The notes: a model not told the origin generated them from the letters alone. DNA of 39,771 nucleotides from Acidimicrobiales bacterium (GCA_036520815.1 DATDIY010000036.1:1-39771); one strand, 5' to 3'; numbered from the stretch's first letter, positions 15,577 through 23,944 are shown. A program made the numbers and translations.

Positions 15577-16451
15577 GCCGATCTCCGATCGAGCTCGGCG
15601 AACGTCCCGAGGCGGAAGCCCAGCTCGGCGATCGCGGTCTTCACCGTGGCGCTGCGCAGGGCGGCGTACTCGTCCTCCCAACGGTAGGACCAGCGGTACC
15701 GGTAGCGGTCGGGGTCGGAGGCGCCGCCGGGGTGGGTGGCCAGCTCCGCACTGCGGGCGCCGGTGGCGGCCAGTCGCTCGACAGCGGAGACCATGGCGCC
15801 GAGGTCGAGGCCGCCGGCCTCGTCGAGCCCGGTGGACGCCTCCGGCCAACGCCAGCCGCGCCGGGCCAGCTCTCCCTCGAGCCGGGTGGCGAGGCGCCGC
15901 ACGGTGAGGCCTACGGGGCCGGGCCCGATCGAGCGGGTGACCCGGATGGTGCGGACGTCGTGGGCCTCACCCAGGTCGAGCACGACATCGGCGACCATGG
16001 GCCACAGGTGCAGGTTCTGGTGGGTGTCGAGGTGGTCGACGTGGACCCCCGCCCCGAGGACGGCTTCGATCTGGGCACCGAACTCACGACGCAGGTCGTC
16101 CGGGTCGATACGGCCGGCCGCCGCTCGGGGGAGGAACACCCGCCACGACGACCACAGCCGACCCTGTCGATCGACGAGGGTCGGGACCTCTCGAGCAGAC
16201 AGAAGCGGCGGATCCTCCCCGACGGCGGCGAGGTGGGCACCGGTGCCGAGCTCGGGCGCGTCGTCGAGCCACCGGACCGAGGTGGCGAATCCGGGGGCGA
16301 GGGCCAGCACGGACGTGGAGGTGACGACGCCGTCGCGGTGGGCGTGGAGGATCGCTCTCGACACGCCTTCGGTCAACCCGTAGTCGTCGGCGTTCACGAC
16401 GAGCAGCGCCCCGCCGTCGGGGCGCCGTCCGGCGGCCCCGCTGCTCGTCAC
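15573..16451 (-). CDS. ChbG/HpnK (YdjC) family carbohydrate deacetylase
   Basis: LLVVNADDYGLTEGVSRAILHAHRDGVVTSTSVLA...GAHL...VDHLDTHQNLH matches the YdjC family pattern. The GTG at 16451 overlaps the GT2 stop (GTGA). Confidence 0.82.
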   Translation of the reverse strand: MTSSGAAGRRPDGGALLVVNADDYGLTEGVSRAILHAHRDGVVTSTSVLALAPGFATSVRWLDDAPELGTGAHLAAVGEDPPLLSAREVPTLVDRQGRLWSSWRVFLPRAAAGRIDPDDLRREFGAQIEAVLGAGVHVDHLDTHQNLHLWPMVADVVLDLGEAHDVRTIRVTRSIGPGPVGLTVRRLATRLEGELARRGWRWPEASTGLDEAGGLDLGAMVSAVERLAATGARSAELATHPGGASDPDRYRYRWSYRWEDEYAALRSATVKTAIAELGFRLGTFAELDRRSA

Positions 16452-17275
16452 GCGGCGCCGTCCGCGCCCGTGCGGCCGTCGGGGAGCTCGAGGTCGAGCT
16501 CCCCGAGGGCGAAGCCTCCGTCGCGGGACAACAGCTCGGGCGCCAGCGGCTCGATGGCCCGCAGCTCGGTGCGCAGCTCGAGCATCTCCCGGACGATCTT
16601 GGCGATGACGGCGTTGGACGACAGGGTCGAGATCCCGCGCGTGCGGGGGAAGTAGTCGACACCGAACTGCACGATCCCGAACCCGAGACGTTGGGCTCGG
16701 GCAAGCAGCTCGACATCGATGAACGACCCCTCGCTGCGCAGCTCGACGTGGTCGAACACCGACCTACGCACGAGCTTGAAGGCGAAGTTCATGTCGCGCA
16801 GGCGGAGGCCGAACATGGCCTGCACGAGGTGGTTGTACACGTAGCTGTAGACGAGCCGGCGGGCGCCCTCACCGGTGCGGTCGAAGCGGTAGGCGCTGAC
16901 GATGTCGGCCTCGTAGATGCGCATCAACCGAATGGCCTTGTCGGCCTCGACCATGTCGAACGGAAGGTCGGCGTCGGTGTAGAGGATCAGCTCGCCGGTG
17001 GCGTTGGCGAAGCCGGTCTTGAGCGCTCCGCCCAGCTTGCGGTTGGTGGGATGGTGCACCACCGAGACCCGCTCGTCGGTGGCAGACAGAGCATCGGCCA
17101 GGGCCCCGGTGGCGTCGGTGGACGCGTCGTCGACGATGAGAACGTCGTAGCCCTTGACCTGCCCGCTGGCGACGAGACGGTCTCCGGCGTCGAACGCGGC
17201 CGCAACGGCGCGCTCGATCGTCGCCTCCTCGTTCCACATCGGATAGAAGATCGTGACGCTCTCGAATGCCGCCAT
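16448..17275 (-). CDS. family-2 glycosyltransferase, polyprenyl-phosphate sugar synthase-like (DPM1/GtrB/ArnC type)
   Basis: VTIFYPMWNEEATIE...VLIVDDASTDATG...ILYTDADLPFD (DxD) ...FNFAFKLVRRSVF...SFIDVELL. 275 aa soluble GT-A domain. An in-frame TGA lies 3 nt upstream of the ATG. Confidence 0.82.
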   Translation of the reverse strand: MAAFESVTIFYPMWNEEATIERAVAAAFDAGDRLVASGQVKGYDVLIVDDASTDATGALADALSATDERVSVVHHPTNRKLGGALKTGFANATGELILYTDADLPFDMVEADKAIRLMRIYEADIVSAYRFDRTGEGARRLVYSYVYNHLVQAMFGLRLRDMNFAFKLVRRSVFDHVELRSEGSFIDVELLARAQRLGFGIVQFGVDYFPRTRGISTLSSNAVIAKIVREMLELRTELRAIEPLAPELLSRDGGFALGELDLELPDGRTGADGAA

Positions 17276-17524
17276 GCCTCAGGCAACGTAGTAGCCGCGA
17301 CCGAACGCGAACGCCCATGCCGGCAGGAGCGCGCCGCCGGAGCACCGAGCCACACCGCCACGGCGACGGCCACTGCGACGACCGCGAACGCGGCAACGCC
17401 TCGGCCCACGATGGCCACGGGGATCGCTGACGCGGCACCTCGACGCGTCGGATCGCGGCCATCGCCCGACCGCAATCGGGCCCCGTCGGAGTCAACAGTT
17501 CACCCCGGAGGGAGACCTGGCAGG

Positions 17525-18619
17525 ATGGCTCCGATGAACATCGGCGAACGGCTCCTCGGTGCGGTGATCAGTCCCGTGGTCGGCGCCGTGGACGTCGACC
17601 AGGTCGTCTCGAGGGTCGACGTCGAGCGGGTGCTCGACGAGATCGACGTCGACGCGCTCCTCCAGCGGGTCGATCTCGATGCCGTCCTCGCTCGGGTCGA
17701 CATCGACGCGTTGTTGCAGCGGGTCGACATCCAGGCCCTCCTCGAACGGCTCGACATCGACGAGATCGCCGCCCGCGTGGACATACAGGCCGTCGTCGAC
17801 CGGGTCGACGTCCAGGCCGTGGTCGACCGGGTCGACATCGACGCCGTGGCTTCCCGCCTCGACGTGGCCGCGCTGGCGGGGAGGGCCGGGATCGATGACA
17901 TCGTCGCCGACGCCACCCGGGGGGTGAGCACGCGGATCCTGGCCCTCGTGCGCCGCCAGCTCGTCGCCCTGGATCTGATCGTGAACGGCATCTGGGCCCG
18001 GTTCACCCGGCGGGCCCGTCCGGAACCGCCGACCAGCCACTCGGCGACCGGGCTCGTTGCGGGGCCGGTGAGCCGGCTGCTCGCCTACTTCGTCGACGTC
18101 GCCGTCCTGTCGGCCGGGTTCGCGGTCGTCACTGCGATCCTCACCTACCTCGTCGCCCTCTTCTCCGGCGACAACTACGACGTCAGCACCGACAGCAAGG
18201 GTCTCGGCTGGGGCCTCGGGTTCACCGGCGGCTACGTGCTGTTCGCCTTCCTCTACTGGTTCATCGGTCTGAGCATCGCCGGCAGCTCGATCGGCAAGGC
18301 ACTCATCGGGGTGCGCGTCCTCCGGCTCGACGGCACCCCGATCAAGGGTCGCCAGGCGCTCGTCCGCGTGCTGGTGTACCCGTTCAGCTTCATCCTCGGG
18401 CTCGGGCTCATCCCGATCGTCACCGCCCGCTCCCACCGCGCCCTGCACGACAAGGCCGCCAGCACGACCGTCCGCTACGACTGGGGTGACGACACCACGA
18501 CCACCCGGGCGCCGCTCACCGCCTGGCTCCGGGCCAAGGGCCCTCGCCAGTGGGAGATCGACGACAGCGCCACCCGATCGCAGCACGACGCGCTCGCGGC
18601 CATCTCGCCCGACGAGTAG
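17525..18619 (+). CDS. RDD-family membrane protein with an N-terminal acidic nonapeptide-repeat domain
   Basis: The ATG at 17525 is preceded by GGAGGGAG. The C-terminal half shows the RDD pattern (RLLAYFVDVAVLS..., GSSIGKALIGVRVLRLDGTPIKGRQALVRVLVYPFS). The N-terminal half is 12 tandem 9-aa repeats. Confidence 0.8.
   Translation: MAPMNIGERLLGAVISPVVGAVDVDQVVSRVDVERVLDEIDVDALLQRVDLDAVLARVDIDALLQRVDIQALLERLDIDEIAARVDIQAVVDRVDVQAVVDRVDIDAVASRLDVAALAGRAGIDDIVADATRGVSTRILALVRRQLVALDLIVNGIWARFTRRARPEPPTSHSATGLVAGPVSRLLAYFVDVAVLSAGFAVVTAILTYLVALFSGDNYDVSTDSKGLGWGLGFTGGYVLFAFLYWFIGLSIAGSSIGKALIGVRVLRLDGTPIKGRQALVRVLVYPFSFILGLGLIPIVTARSHRALHDKAASTTVRYDWGDDTTTTRAPLTAWLRAKGPRQWEIDDSATRSQHDALAAISPDE
17588..17911 (+). 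repeat. 12 x 27-bp in-frame tandem repeat encoding [VIL]-D-[VIL]-[DQE]-x-[VIL]-[VLA]-x-R
   Basis: VDVDQVVSR VDVERVLDE IDVDALLQR VDLDAVLAR VDIDALLQR VDIQALLER LDIDEIAAR VDIQAVVDR VDVQAVVDR VDIDAVASR LDVAALAGR AGIDDIVAD. The copies have diverged at the DNA level. Confidence 0.9.
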
Positions 18620-18646
18620 CCCGTCCGCGATCAGGAGGGTTCGGAT

Positions 18647-18719
18647 GCCCCTGTGGCCAAGTGGCCAAGGCAGCCCGGGGTCGCTTGATCCGACGATCGT
18701 GGGCTCCGCGTCCCCACCT
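18647..18719 (+). pseudogene. decayed tandem copy of the downstream tRNA-Lys gene (tRNA pseudogene)
   Basis: A 91-bp-period duplication. The 18-nt upstream flank (gatcag[g/t]agggttcggat) matches at 17/18. tRNA positions 1-28 match at 27/28 and tccgacgatcgtggg matches at 15/15. The anticodon loop, T-loop (ctccgcgt instead of ttcgaac) and 3' acceptor strand are destroyed. Confidence 0.55.
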
Positions 18720-18737
18720 GATCAGTAGGGTTCGGAT

Positions 18738-18813
18738 GCCCCTGTGGCCAAGTGGCTAAGGCAGCGGACTTTTAATCCGACGATCGTGGGTTCGAACCCC
18801 ACCGGGGGCACCA
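18738..18813 (+). tRNA. tRNA-Lys (anticodon UUU)
   Basis: 76-nt cloverleaf folded by hand. The acceptor stem GCCCCTG/CGGGGGC has 7 bp including one G-U. The D-arm is GCC..AGTGG..GGC. The anticodon stem is (G)CGGA/TCCG(A) with loop CTTTTAA (TTT at 18771-18773). There is a 5-nt variable loop, T-arm GTGGG-TTCGAAC-CCCAC, discriminator A, and an encoded CCA. Confidence 0.85.
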
Positions 18814-18838
18814 TGCCGACGGCCGTTCCTGGAATCGG

Positions 18839-20098
18839 TCAGTCGGTGCGTGCGCGTGAGCTCTGGCGAACCTCGCGGTACGGGACGTCGCGATCGGCCG
18901 CCAACTCGCGCGGGAGGCCCAACACGCGCTCGCTGATGATGTTGCGCTGGATCTCGCTGGTGCCGCCGGAGATGCTGTCGGCCTGACGGATCAGGTACTT
19001 GTCGGCCCGTTCCTGGGTCTCGACATCACCCGGCGACCACACGACGCCGCCCTCGCCGGCGAGGGTGGCGGCGATCTCGGTGCGACGAACGCTGGCACCC
19101 GCGGTGTACAGCTTGAGCAGCGCCGCCGCCGATGGAGGGAGCGAGCCGGTGCGCACGCCGACGCTCACCCTCTCGACCAGGCCGCGCTGCACCAGGTCGC
19201 TCATCCGCTGCTCGCCGACGAGCTGGCGGGCGACAGGATCGTCGGCGATGCCGAGCGACCGGGCCAGGACCGCGGCGGGATTGGTCCGCACGGTGGAGCC
19301 CGGTGCGAGGAGGTTGCGCCCGCTCACGTAGGGCGACGAGCCACCGACACCCTCCCGTTCATGGGTGAGCAGCGCGGTGGTGACCGTCCAACCCTGGTCG
19401 ACCTCGCCGAGCAGGGCGTCGAGTGGGAGCACGACGTCGTCGAAGAACTCCTGGCAGAAGGTGTGGTTGCCGTTGACCTGGGTGATGGGCTCGATGGTCA
19501 CGCCCGGGGCACGGAGGTCGAGGATGAACACCGACAGCCCACGGTGCTTGGGCACGTCCCAGTTCGTGCGGGCGAGGCACAGCGCGAAGTCGCACGCCTC
19601 GGCCGCCGAGCTCCAGATCTTGGCGCCGTTGAGCACCCACGTGTCCTCGCGCCGGTCGGCCCGGGTGAGACAGGCGGCGAGGTCGGACCCCCCGCTCGGC
19701 TCCGAGAGGAACTGGACCCAGATGGTGTCGCCACGCAGGATGCCCGGCACGTGGGCCAGCTTCTGCTCGTGGGTGCCGAAGTCGAGGAGAGTGGCGAGGA
19801 TGATGCTGAAGGTCGGAGTGCCCAGGTAGAAGGGCAGCTCGTAGGGCAGCGACTCCGCGGTGAACGCCCGCTGATACTCGACCGGCAACCCGAGTCCGCC
19901 GTAGTCACGTGGCACGCAGATGCCGGCGAACCCACCGTCCCAGAGCATCCGCTGGAGCTCGCGCTGGCGGTCCCAGATGTCATCTCGTCGCTCGTGCACG
20001 GGCTCGGACGTGAGCCGCGGCATGTTGGCGGCCAACCACTCGCCCGAGCGCCGGGCGAACTGCTCCACGCTCTCGCGCTGCTCCTCAGGCGGGCTCAT
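18839..20098 (-). CDS. acyl-CoA dehydrogenase, alpha-type subunit (retains C-terminal GGTSEIQRNI motif)
   Basis: 419 aa with ACAD N/M/C-domain patterns (...ICVPRDYGGLGL..., WVLNGAKIWSS, ...SISGGTSEIQRNIISERVLGLPRE). Its ATG overlaps the stop of the upstream ACAD gene (ATGA at 20095-20098). Confidence 0.85.
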   Translation of the reverse strand: MSPPEEQRESVEQFARRSGEWLAANMPRLTSEPVHERRDDIWDRQRELQRMLWDGGFAGICVPRDYGGLGLPVEYQRAFTAESLPYELPFYLGTPTFSIILATLLDFGTHEQKLAHVPGILRGDTIWVQFLSEPSGGSDLAACLTRADRREDTWVLNGAKIWSSAAEACDFALCLARTNWDVPKHRGLSVFILDLRAPGVTIEPITQVNGNHTFCQEFFDDVVLPLDALLGEVDQGWTVTTALLTHEREGVGGSSPYVSGRNLLAPGSTVRTNPAAVLARSLGIADDPVARQLVGEQRMSDLVQRGLVERVSVGVRTGSLPPSAAALLKLYTAGASVRRTEIAATLAGEGGVVWSPGDVETQERADKYLIRQADSISGGTSEIQRNIISERVLGLPRELAADRDVPYREVRQSSRARTD

Positions 20099-21222
20099 GA
20101 CGTCTCCAGCTGTTGCAGGCTCAGCTCGGCGAGACGCTCGAGGTGCTCCGCCGGTGTGCCGCCGAGGTTGCGGTTCAGCGAGACCCGGCGCAGGTAGAGG
20201 TGCAGGTCGTGCTCCCAGGTGATCCCGATGCCGCCGTGCAGCTGCACGGCCTTCTGGACCAGCTCGGTGCCGTGTTCCCCGACGTAGGCGGCAGCGGCAC
20301 GAACGAGCTCCTCGGCCTCATCGGTCTGATCGTGCACGGCGCGAGCGGCGAGCGCCGTGACCCCACGCGAGGCCTCGAGCCAGAGCTTCATGTCGGCGAG
20401 GTAGTGCTTGAGCACCTGGTACGACGACAGCGGACGCCCCGCCGCGTACCGATCGCCCAGGTAGTCGAGGGTGAACTCGAGGACCCGACTCATCGCCCCC
20501 GTGGTCTCCGAGCACTGCAGCACCAGTGCGACCAGGCGTTGGTGTTGGAGCGCCGGTCCGGCGCGACCGACCTGTCCGAGCACCGACGACCGATCGACGC
20601 GCACGTCCCCGAAGTCGAGTCGGGCGAAGCGGCGGACGAGGTCGATCCCGACGAGGGGGGTCACGGTGACGCCGGGGGCGTCGACCGGAACCAGGAACTG
20701 GGTCAGCCCGGCCGAGCCCGTGGCGGTGACGAGCACCTCCTGCGCCTGAGCACCCGCCTCCACCAGCGAGGCGCCGCCGCGGAGGACGAAGTGGTGGTCG
20801 TCGCCGTCGACCACGACTTCGACCTCGACACCGGAGCACCACCCGGGCACATGGTCTCCGCTGAGGATCCCCGGCAGCAGCCGTTCGCGCTGCTGCCGGG
20901 TCGCGCTCGTCGACACCGCACCGGCGACCACGTTCGCCGGAACGAGTGGCCCCGGCGAGACCAGCCGACCCATCTCCTCGGCGACGATCAGCAGGTCGTC
21001 CAAACCACGGCCGCTGAGGCTGCCCCCTCCGGCCTCCTCCGAGACGAGGAATGACGTGAAGCCGATCTCGGCCGCCTGGCGCCACCACCCCGCATCGAAG
21101 CCGTCAGGCCGGTCGATCCACGACCGCACGGTCGCGAGTGGCGCCTCTCGCTCCAGGAAGCTCCGGGCGGTGGCCCGGAAGAGCTCCTGGTCGTCGGTCG
21201 GTGCGAAGTCCACTGCCGTCAT
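20095..21222 (-). CDS. acyl-CoA dehydrogenase family protein, beta-type subunit (lacks the GGTSE-Q motif)
   Basis: The ATG at 21222 opens MTAVDFAPTDDQELFRATARSFLE.... The C-terminus reads ...VQLHGGIGITWEHDLHLYLRRVSLN. 375 aa. The upstream part of the 605-aa track ORF overlaps the crotonase gene in another frame. Confidence 0.8.
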   Translation of the reverse strand: MTAVDFAPTDDQELFRATARSFLEREAPLATVRSWIDRPDGFDAGWWRQAAEIGFTSFLVSEEAGGGSLSGRGLDDLLIVAEEMGRLVSPGPLVPANVVAGAVSTSATRQQRERLLPGILSGDHVPGWCSGVEVEVVVDGDDHHFVLRGGASLVEAGAQAQEVLVTATGSAGLTQFLVPVDAPGVTVTPLVGIDLVRRFARLDFGDVRVDRSSVLGQVGRAGPALQHQRLVALVLQCSETTGAMSRVLEFTLDYLGDRYAAGRPLSSYQVLKHYLADMKLWLEASRGVTALAARAVHDQTDEAEELVRAAAAYVGEHGTELVQKAVQLHGGIGITWEHDLHLYLRRVSLNRNLGGTPAEHLERLAELSLQQLETS

Positions 21223-21277
21223 CGTGGCATCGCGTGCGGGCCACCCACCTGCTCGTCGCTCCTCGCGTGGCGCGTCG

Positions 21278-22006
21278 TCATGGATCGAGCCTGCGCAGGC
21301 TCCACACCTGTGGGGCTCGCTCGATCTGCACGGCGGCGGCGTGGCGCGCCGTCGTGCCGTCGATGGTGCGGAAGCTGGCGGTGATCTGACGGGCCAACGC
21401 CGGGTCGCCCGCAGCCGCGGTTGCCACCCGCATGGCCTCGTCGAGCAGCGCATCGGGAGCGGTGACCGCCATCGCCAGCCCCAATCGCACTGCGTCGGTC
21501 CCGGCGATGGGCTGGTTGCAGAGCGCCAGCCAGGCTGCGACCTGCCGGTCGACGGCGCGCAGCAGCTCCAGATGTCCGCCACCGGGATGGACACCGGCCC
21601 TCCCGAACCCGATGAACTCGGCCTCCTCGGAGACGATACGGACGTCGCACGCCAGTGGAAGGTTGACCCCGGCGCCGACGCAGGGCCCCTGCACCGCCGC
21701 GATCGTCGGCACCGGGCAGGCGACGATGCGGCGGAAGAGGGTGTAGATCTGGCCGAGCCCGTCGAAGGCGGCCTCGGCCAACGGATCGGCCATGGCGGCG
21801 CGCACGATCCGAAGGTCAGCCCCCGAGCAGAACGACGCCCCTTCGGCCCGCAGCAGGATGGCACCGACGCCCGGATCGTCGCTGGCGCGGTCGAACAGCT
21901 CCATGAGGCCACGGGCGAGCTCTGGCGTGAGCGCGTTGCGCCGGTCCGGGGCGTCGACCGTGATGACGGCCACGTTCCCTTCCACCTCGTACCGGGCTTC
22001 GTCCAT
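21278..22006 (-). CDS. enoyl-CoA hydratase/isomerase (crotonase) family protein
   Basis: MDEARYEVEGNVAVITVDAPDRRNALT...ILLRAEGASFCSGADL...GPCVGAGVNLPLACD. GGAGGGAG lies 6 nt upstream of the ATG. Confidence 0.85.
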   Translation of the reverse strand: MDEARYEVEGNVAVITVDAPDRRNALTPELARGLMELFDRASDDPGVGAILLRAEGASFCSGADLRIVRAAMADPLAEAAFDGLGQIYTLFRRIVACPVPTIAAVQGPCVGAGVNLPLACDVRIVSEEAEFIGFGRAGVHPGGGHLELLRAVDRQVAAWLALCNQPIAGTDAVRLGLAMAVTAPDALLDEAMRVATAAAGDPALARQITASFRTIDGTTARHAAAVQIERAPQVWSLRRLDP

Positions 22007-22106
22007 CAGGAACTCCCTCCTCGCTCACGGCGGTCGGCTGCGGCGGGGCGCGTCGCCTTCGTACACCCTCGACGGCTGCCACGGCGGTCCGACGCCCCGA
22101 GAACTC

Positions 22107-22121
22107 CTACGCCGAGCGTAA
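22107..22121. promoter_or_regulatory. operator candidate, site 2: CTACGC-CGA-GCGTAA (minus strand TTACGC-TCG-GCGTAG)
   Basis: Perfect TACGC-N3-GCGTA palindrome in the 153-nt gap between the MarR stop and the crotonase start, 101-115 nt upstream of ATG 22006. The same 15-mer frame occurs at 27001-27015. Confidence 0.5.
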
Positions 22122-22159
22122 CAATGGGCGGAGACGTGGGTCGAACCCGTCGGCGCTGG

Positions 22160-22657
22160 TCAGCGGCGCTTGCGGGTCCCGGTCGGCGGCGCGGCGTCGA
22201 AGTCGTGGCTCACCGGGTCGGGCCCCGCACTCGCCCCGAGCGCCTCGAGGACCTCAACGGTGACAGCGAGGCGGGCCAGAGCCCCGTCGTCGCCGAGCCG
22301 GAGCTGTTCGGCCAACCAGACGTTCCGCTTCGATCGGTAGACCTCGATCGCCCGTCGGGCGCGACGGGTCATGCGGACCCGGTGCACGCGGCGGTCGGTC
22401 GGGTCGATCACGCGCTCCACCAGACCCCTGCGCTCGAGGCCCCTCACGACCCTCGTGATGGTCGACGGGGACACCTGCTCCGCCACCGCCAGCTCGCCGA
22501 GGGTGATCGGGCCCTGGGTGACGATCGTCGCCAGTGCGGCCGCCGCGGCCGGCGAAAGTCCCTTGGCCTCCTGCTGGCGCAGGAGGCGAGCCAGCCGCGT
22601 CACCGACAGGCTGAGCCGGGCGACGAGTTCGTCGTCGTCGGCCATGGGCTCGTTCAT
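22160..22657 (-). CDS. MarR-family transcriptional regulator
   Basis: LSVTRLARLLRQQ...LSPAAAAALATIVTQGPITLGELAVAEQVSPSTITRVVRGLERRGLVERVIDPTDRRVHRVRMT shows the winged-HTH with the DxR wing. Start at ATG 22657 or 22645. The GTG at 22717 in the track is less likely. Confidence 0.85.
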   Translation of the reverse strand: MNEPMADDDELVARLSLSVTRLARLLRQQEAKGLSPAAAAALATIVTQGPITLGELAVAEQVSPSTITRVVRGLERRGLVERVIDPTDRRVHRVRMTRRARRAIEVYRSKRNVWLAEQLRLGDDGALARLAVTVEVLEALGASAGPDPVSHDFDAAPPTGTRKRR

Positions 22658-22756
22658 CGCCAGCAACGTACTCGGCGACCGTCGCGCCGCCCGGCACTGA
22701 CGACCTCGGCGCTCCACGACCGCTCCCGACGCGGGATCGTGGTGGCGGCCACCTGC

Positions 22757-23944
22757 TCAGGGAAGGGTGATCGGCAGCTTCGAGTAGCCACGATTGTCCG
22801 TGTGGTACATGAACTCGGCCTGAGCGAGATCGACGTCCCACTCCGGGAAGCGGACCAGCAGCTCCTCGAGGACGACGCGGGCCTCGAGGCGGGCCAGGGC
22901 CTGCCCCAGGCAGTAGTGCGAGCCGAACCCGAACGACACGTGGTGGTCGATCTTGCGCTGCACGTCGAGCCGGTCGGGGTCGTCGAAGTGGCGCTCGTCG
23001 CGGTTGCCCGCAGGGGTGAGGGTGACCATGAAGCTGCCGGCGGGCACCACCTCGCCGTGGATCTCGACGTCGCTGGCCACGTAGCGGCAGTTCTGCAGCG
23101 TGTTGGGCTCGAAGCGGAGGATCTCCTCGATGGCGTTGTTCGAGAGCGACGGATCAGCGGCCACGAGCGCCCGCTGGTCGGGGTTCTCGGCCAGCAGCTT
23201 TCCGGTGTAGCCGATGAGGATCCGCGTGGTCTCGTTGCCGGCGGCAGCGACGATGTTGACGTAGGCGAGCAACTCGTCGCGCGTGAGCTTGGTGGGTTTC
23301 CCGTTCTCATCGTCGAACTCGGCGTTCAGCAGGTGGCTGATGATGTCGTCGGCCGGGTTCTCGGCCCGCCAGTCGACGTAGTCGGCGAAGATCGCACCGC
23401 TGAGCGCACCGTCCTCCAGATGGCGGCCGCCGTCATCCCGGGCGGAGAGGAACTGGTCGCGGACGCCCTCCTGGTCGGCCTCGGGGATGCCGACCAGCAT
23501 GCCGATCACCCGCATCGGCACCTGCGAGGCCACCTCGGCGACGAGATCGAAGCCGCCCGAGCCGACGAGCGGGTCCATGAGCCCGGCGCAGAGGTCGCGG
23601 ATCTCTGCTTCGAGGCCTCCGATGCGTCGGGGCGTGAACATGCGCGACAGCAGGGCCCGGTGGATGGTGTGGGTCGGCGGGTCCTCGAAGATCAGCGTTC
23701 CCGGGGGGATGTTCATCCCCGACTGCAGGATGCCGAGGGTGACGCCCTTTCGCGAGATGAAGGTCTCGCGGTTCAGCAGGACCTGGGTGATGTCGTCGTA
23801 GCGGCTGACCGCGTTGAAGTCCTGCGACTCGTGGTGGTAGAGCGGCGCCTCGTCCCGGAGCCGGGCGAAGAGCGGGTACGGATCCCGGATCGTCTCGGGA
23901 TCTGTGGGGTCGTAGATCAGCTCGCTGGACGTCGTGGAGGTCAT
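22757..23944 (-). CDS. cytochrome P450
   Basis: Heme-binding loop FGFGSHYCLG, I-helix AAAGNETT, and ExxR (EEILRFEP). 395 aa from ATG 23944, with ATG 23953 as an alternative. The upstream part of the 518-aa track ORF is Arg-rich noise. Confidence 0.9.
   Translation of the reverse strand: MTSTTSSELIYDPTDPETIRDPYPLFARLRDEAPLYHHESQDFNAVSRYDDITQVLLNRETFISRKGVTLGILQSGMNIPPGTLIFEDPPTHTIHRALLSRMFTPRRIGGLEAEIRDLCAGLMDPLVGSGGFDLVAEVASQVPMRVIGMLVGIPEADQEGVRDQFLSARDDGGRHLEDGALSGAIFADYVDWRAENPADDIISHLLNAEFDDENGKPTKLTRDELLAYVNIVAAAGNETTRILIGYTGKLLAENPDQRALVAADPSLSNNAIEEILRFEPNTLQNCRYVASDVEIHGEVVPAGSFMVTLTPAGNRDERHFDDPDRLDVQRKIDHHVSFGFGSHYCLGQALARLEARVVLEELLVRFPEWDVDLAQAEFMYHTDNRGYSKLPITLP

Noticed and set aside
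16987-17475. Frame encoding a TM-like stretch (AIPVAIVGRGVAAFAVVAVAVAVAVWLG) upstream of the GT2 gene.
   Set aside because: The frame has no stop before running about 290 nt into the GT2 coding region in a different frame. It would need an implausibly long overlap. The Ala/Val run is what GC-rich DNA yields by chance.
18814-18838. Integrase or mobile element adjacent to the tRNA-Lys locus.
   Set aside because: The tRNA is followed after 25 nt by the convergent acyl-CoA dehydrogenase gene. The window contains no recombinase, transposase or phage-like ORF.
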